Made by a program: the position numbers and the translations under genes | Notes under the pieces: generated by a model | Told to the model about the DNA's origin: nothing | Databases searched by the model: none | The model's input: the letters and a program-made list of their open reading frames with translations, nothing else | Shown: one piece after another, positions 21,736 through 24,000 of the stretch | Layout of the letters: each line of letters opens with the position of its first letter | How positions within the stretch are numbered: the stretch's first letter is position 1 | Assembly: GCA_000961645.1 (NCBI GenBank) | Contig: LADM01000128.1 | Coordinates: 9,945-33,944, forward strand | Direction: 5' to 3' | Length of the DNA stretch: 24,000 bases | Source: Gammaproteobacteria bacterium BRH_c0 | Lineage (GTDB): Bacteria > Pseudomonadota > Gammaproteobacteria > Pseudomonadales > Porticoccaceae

Positions 21736-24000
21736 ATGACGATACGTGTAGCCATACACCACAAAACCCGCTACGACTATGATCGTCTGGTGGCCCTTGC
21801 GCCGCATATTTTGCGGCTGCGCCCTGCGCCCCATTCGCGTTCGCCGATTCACAGCTACAGCCTGAAAATCGAGCCGCAGGATCACTTTATCAACTGGCAA
21901 CAGGACCCCTTTGGCAATTACCAGGCGCGCCTGGTGTTTCCGGAAAAGGCCCGCAGTCTGTCCTTTGAAGTGGAAGTGATCGCCGACATGACGGTCTACA
22001 ACCCCTTTGATTTTTTTGTTGAAAGCTATGCCGACAAATTTCCATTCACCTACGACGATCAGTTGAAAAGGGAGCTGGGGCCTTATCTGGAAAAGGAAAA
22101 GGGCGGCCCGCTGTTTGATGCCTGGGTAAAATCCATCCAGGGCAAAAACATGCCGATCATTGATTTTCTGGTGATGATCAACCAGCGCCTGGAAAAGGAA
22201 ATCGATTACAGCCTGCGTTTTGAGCCGGGGGTGCAAAACCCGGAAGATACGCTCAAATTGCACAACGGTTCATGCCGCGACAGCGGCTGGCTGATGGTGC
22301 AACTGATGCGCCATCTGGGGCTTGCTGCCCGCTTTGCCTCTGGCTACCTGGTGCAGCTGACTTCCGATGTGAAATCCCTCGATGGCCCTTCCGGCCCGGA
22401 AGCGGACTTTACCGACCTGCACGCCTGGTGCGAGGTGTACCTTCCTGGCGCGGGCTGGGTCGGCCTCGACCCAACCTCCGGGCTGTTTGCCGGAGAGGGC
22501 CATATTCCCCTCGCCTGTACGCCGGACCCGATTTCCGCCGCGCCCATTACCGGCGCCACCGACGAATGCGAAGTCACTTTTAGCTACAGCAATGAAGTGA
22601 TTCGCATCCATGAAGACCCGCGGGTCACCAAACCCTACAGCGAAGACCAGTGGCAGTGCATCGACGCCCTCGGCAATTTCATAGATGCTGAATTCAAGAC
22701 TAACGATGTGCGGCTTACCATGGGTGGTGAGCCGACCTTCGTGTCGATCGATGATATGGATTCGGCCCAGTGGAATACCGAGGCGCTGGGTGAGGACAAA
22801 CTCTCCCTCGCCAAGGATCTGCTGTTGCGGCTGCGCGACCGTTTTGCCCCCAACGGCCTGCTCCATTACGGCCAGGGCAAGTGGTACCCCGGCGAGGAAG
22901 TGCCGCGCTGGGCGCTGGGCTGCTTCTGGCGCACCGACGGCCTGCCCCTGTGGCACGACCCAAAACTGCTGGCGCGTGTGGATAAATCCTATGGGCTGGG
23001 CCAGAAGGATGCCGAGTTGTTTGCCAAAACCCTCAGCACCATGGCCGGGATCAGCCCGGACTTTGTCAATCCCGCCTACGAGGACACCCTTTATTACCTG
23101 TGGAAGGAGCAAAGCCTGCCGCCGGGCATTGATTCCCACAAGGCCAATCTCAAGGATGGCCTCGACCGCATGCGCCTGGCGCGGGTGCTCAGTCAGGGCC
23201 TTGATAATCCGAGCGGCTATGTGTTGCCGGTGGGCTGGGATGAAGGGCTGGGCGGCTGGTACAGCACTCCCTGGGAAATGAAAGCGGGCAAGGTGATCTT
23301 GATTCCGGGGGATTCCCCAATGGGATTGCGCCTGCCACTCAACTCTCTGCCGGTGATCAGGCCCGAAGACGTAGAGCCGCCCCGCGATCCGTTCGAAGAG
23401 CGCGCCCCGTTGGTGGAAAGCATCGTTCCCGACAAGGATTATTCCCCCGCCTGGGGCAAAGTGGTACTGCAGAAGCCGGGCGATGTGAAACGCGCTGCAT
23501 CGGCAGCCAAAACCCCGCCACCAGCAGCCGCCAAAAAACCGGCTGCCCCCAAGCCGGTGTTGCGCACCGCGCTGTGTGTGGAAGTTCGCCAGGGCAAACT
23601 GTATGTGTTTCTGCCGCCCCTGGAGCAGCTTGAGCATTTTGTCAGCCTGATCAATCTGGTGGAGCGTACCGCCCAGGTTCTCGATACGCCGGTGGTGATC
23701 GAGGGCTATGAACCGCCCCGCGACAGCCGTATCCAGAAACTGCTGGTAACCCCCGATCCGGGTGTGATCGAGGTGAATATCCACCCCGCCAGCAACTGGC
23801 AGGATCTGGTGGCCAACACCACGGCGCTGTATGAAGAGGCCTTTCTGTCGCGCCTTGGCACCGAAAAGTTCATGCTCGATGGCCGTCATACCGGCACCGG
23901 CGGCGGCAACCATGTCACCCTCGGCGGCTCCACTCCGGCGGACAGCCCGCTGCTGCGCAGGCCCGACCTGTTGCGCAGCCTGATCACCTACTGGCAGCAC
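21736..24000 (+). CDS. Large transglutaminase-family protein with DUF2126-type C-terminal region; partial, 755 codons, runs off the right edge
   Basis: Absent from the ORF track because there is no stop in the window. Translation from the ATG at 21736 gives MTIRVAIHHKTRYDYDRLVALAPHILRLRPAPHSR... The catalytic core is NGSCRDSGWLMVQLMRHLGLAARFASGY...DLHAWCEVYLPGAGWVGLDPTSG (Cys-His-Asp). The end reads GGGNHVTLGGSTPADSPLLRRPDLLRSLITYWQH. I found no stop at any point I checked in this frame, and the last 755 codons fit the window exactly. Confidence 0.93.
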   Translation, partial: MTIRVAIHHKTRYDYDRLVALAPHILRLRPAPHSRSPIHSYSLKIEPQDHFINWQQDPFGNYQARLVFPEKARSLSFEVEVIADMTVYNPFDFFVESYADKFPFTYDDQLKRELGPYLEKEKGGPLFDAWVKSIQGKNMPIIDFLVMINQRLEKEIDYSLRFEPGVQNPEDTLKLHNGSCRDSGWLMVQLMRHLGLAARFASGYLVQLTSDVKSLDGPSGPEADFTDLHAWCEVYLPGAGWVGLDPTSGLFAGEGHIPLACTPDPISAAPITGATDECEVTFSYSNEVIRIHEDPRVTKPYSEDQWQCIDALGNFIDAEFKTNDVRLTMGGEPTFVSIDDMDSAQWNTEALGEDKLSLAKDLLLRLRDRFAPNGLLHYGQGKWYPGEEVPRWALGCFWRTDGLPLWHDPKLLARVDKSYGLGQKDAELFAKTLSTMAGISPDFVNPAYEDTLYYLWKEQSLPPGIDSHKANLKDGLDRMRLARVLSQGLDNPSGYVLPVGWDEGLGGWYSTPWEMKAGKVILIPGDSPMGLRLPLNSLPVIRPEDVEPPRDPFEERAPLVESIVPDKDYSPAWGKVVLQKPGDVKRAASAAKTPPPAAAKKPAAPKPVLRTALCVEVRQGKLYVFLPPLEQLEHFVSLINLVERTAQVLDTPVVIEGYEPPRDSRIQKLLVTPDPGVIEVNIHPASNWQDLVANTTALYEEAFLSRLGTEKFMLDGRHTGTGGGNHVTLGGSTPADSPLLRRPDLLRSLITYWQH

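Noticed and set aside
20980-22263. 427-aa minus-strand ORF
   Set aside because: It is antisense to the alpha-E gene and the start of the transglutaminase gene. Its composition is low-complexity, and the plus strand carries hallmark family motifs.
22270-24000. 576-aa minus-strand ORF, the longest in the track at the right edge
   Set aside because: It is an antisense shadow of the plus-strand transglutaminase/DUF2126 gene. The translation is Arg/Gly/Ala/His-rich with no motifs, whereas the opposite strand reads a clear Cys-His-Asp transglutaminase core and a DUF2126-type end.

Overview
The window looks like chromosomal DNA from a gammaproteobacterium-like genome. Spot counts of 60-nt lines give about 60-65% GC in the core genes. 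I recognised no rRNA, tRNA, CRISPR array, transposase or integrase. All family calls rest on motifs read by eye; no database search was possible.

Gene content, left to right:
- The 5-prime end of mutS (minus strand, runs off the left edge).
- A 2.6-kb lower-GC accessory block holding a cytochrome P450 remnant, an MFS-like remnant and a hipB-hipA-like toxin-antitoxin pair. A 113-bp direct duplication of the mutS start and promoter region brackets the block.
- An AraC/cupin regulator divergent from a TTC38-family and DsrE-like gene pair.
- A signalling cluster: OmpR-type response regulator, DUF3391/HD-GYP c-di-GMP phosphodiesterase, and a divergent PAS histidine kinase.
- A six-gene type IV pilin operon: a small unknown ORF, then PilE-like, FimT/GspH-like, PilV-like and PilW-like genes, then a 680-aa PilX-N fusion protein.
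- A 31-bp inverted repeat.
- A low-GC islet (about 37-50% GC) carrying a single KAP-family P-loop NTPase.
- A secreted beta-propeller lactonase-like protein.
- The conserved triad of circularly permuted ATP-grasp, alpha-E and transglutaminase/DUF2126 (plus strand, runs off the right edge).

The supplied ORF track omits both edge genes, mutS and the transglutaminase. In their place it lists long antisense shadow ORFs, which I reject.

Leads most worth following:
1. The mutS-start duplication flanking the hipBA block.
2. The solitary KAP NTPase islet as a PifA-like phage-exclusion candidate.
3. The pilin operon, which has non-canonical prepilin signals and a giant PilX fusion in place of PilY1.
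4. The uncharacterised ATP-grasp/alpha-E/transglutaminase system.
5. Four unrelated short tandem repeats with 15- or 18-bp periods, each just upstream of a gene or operon.
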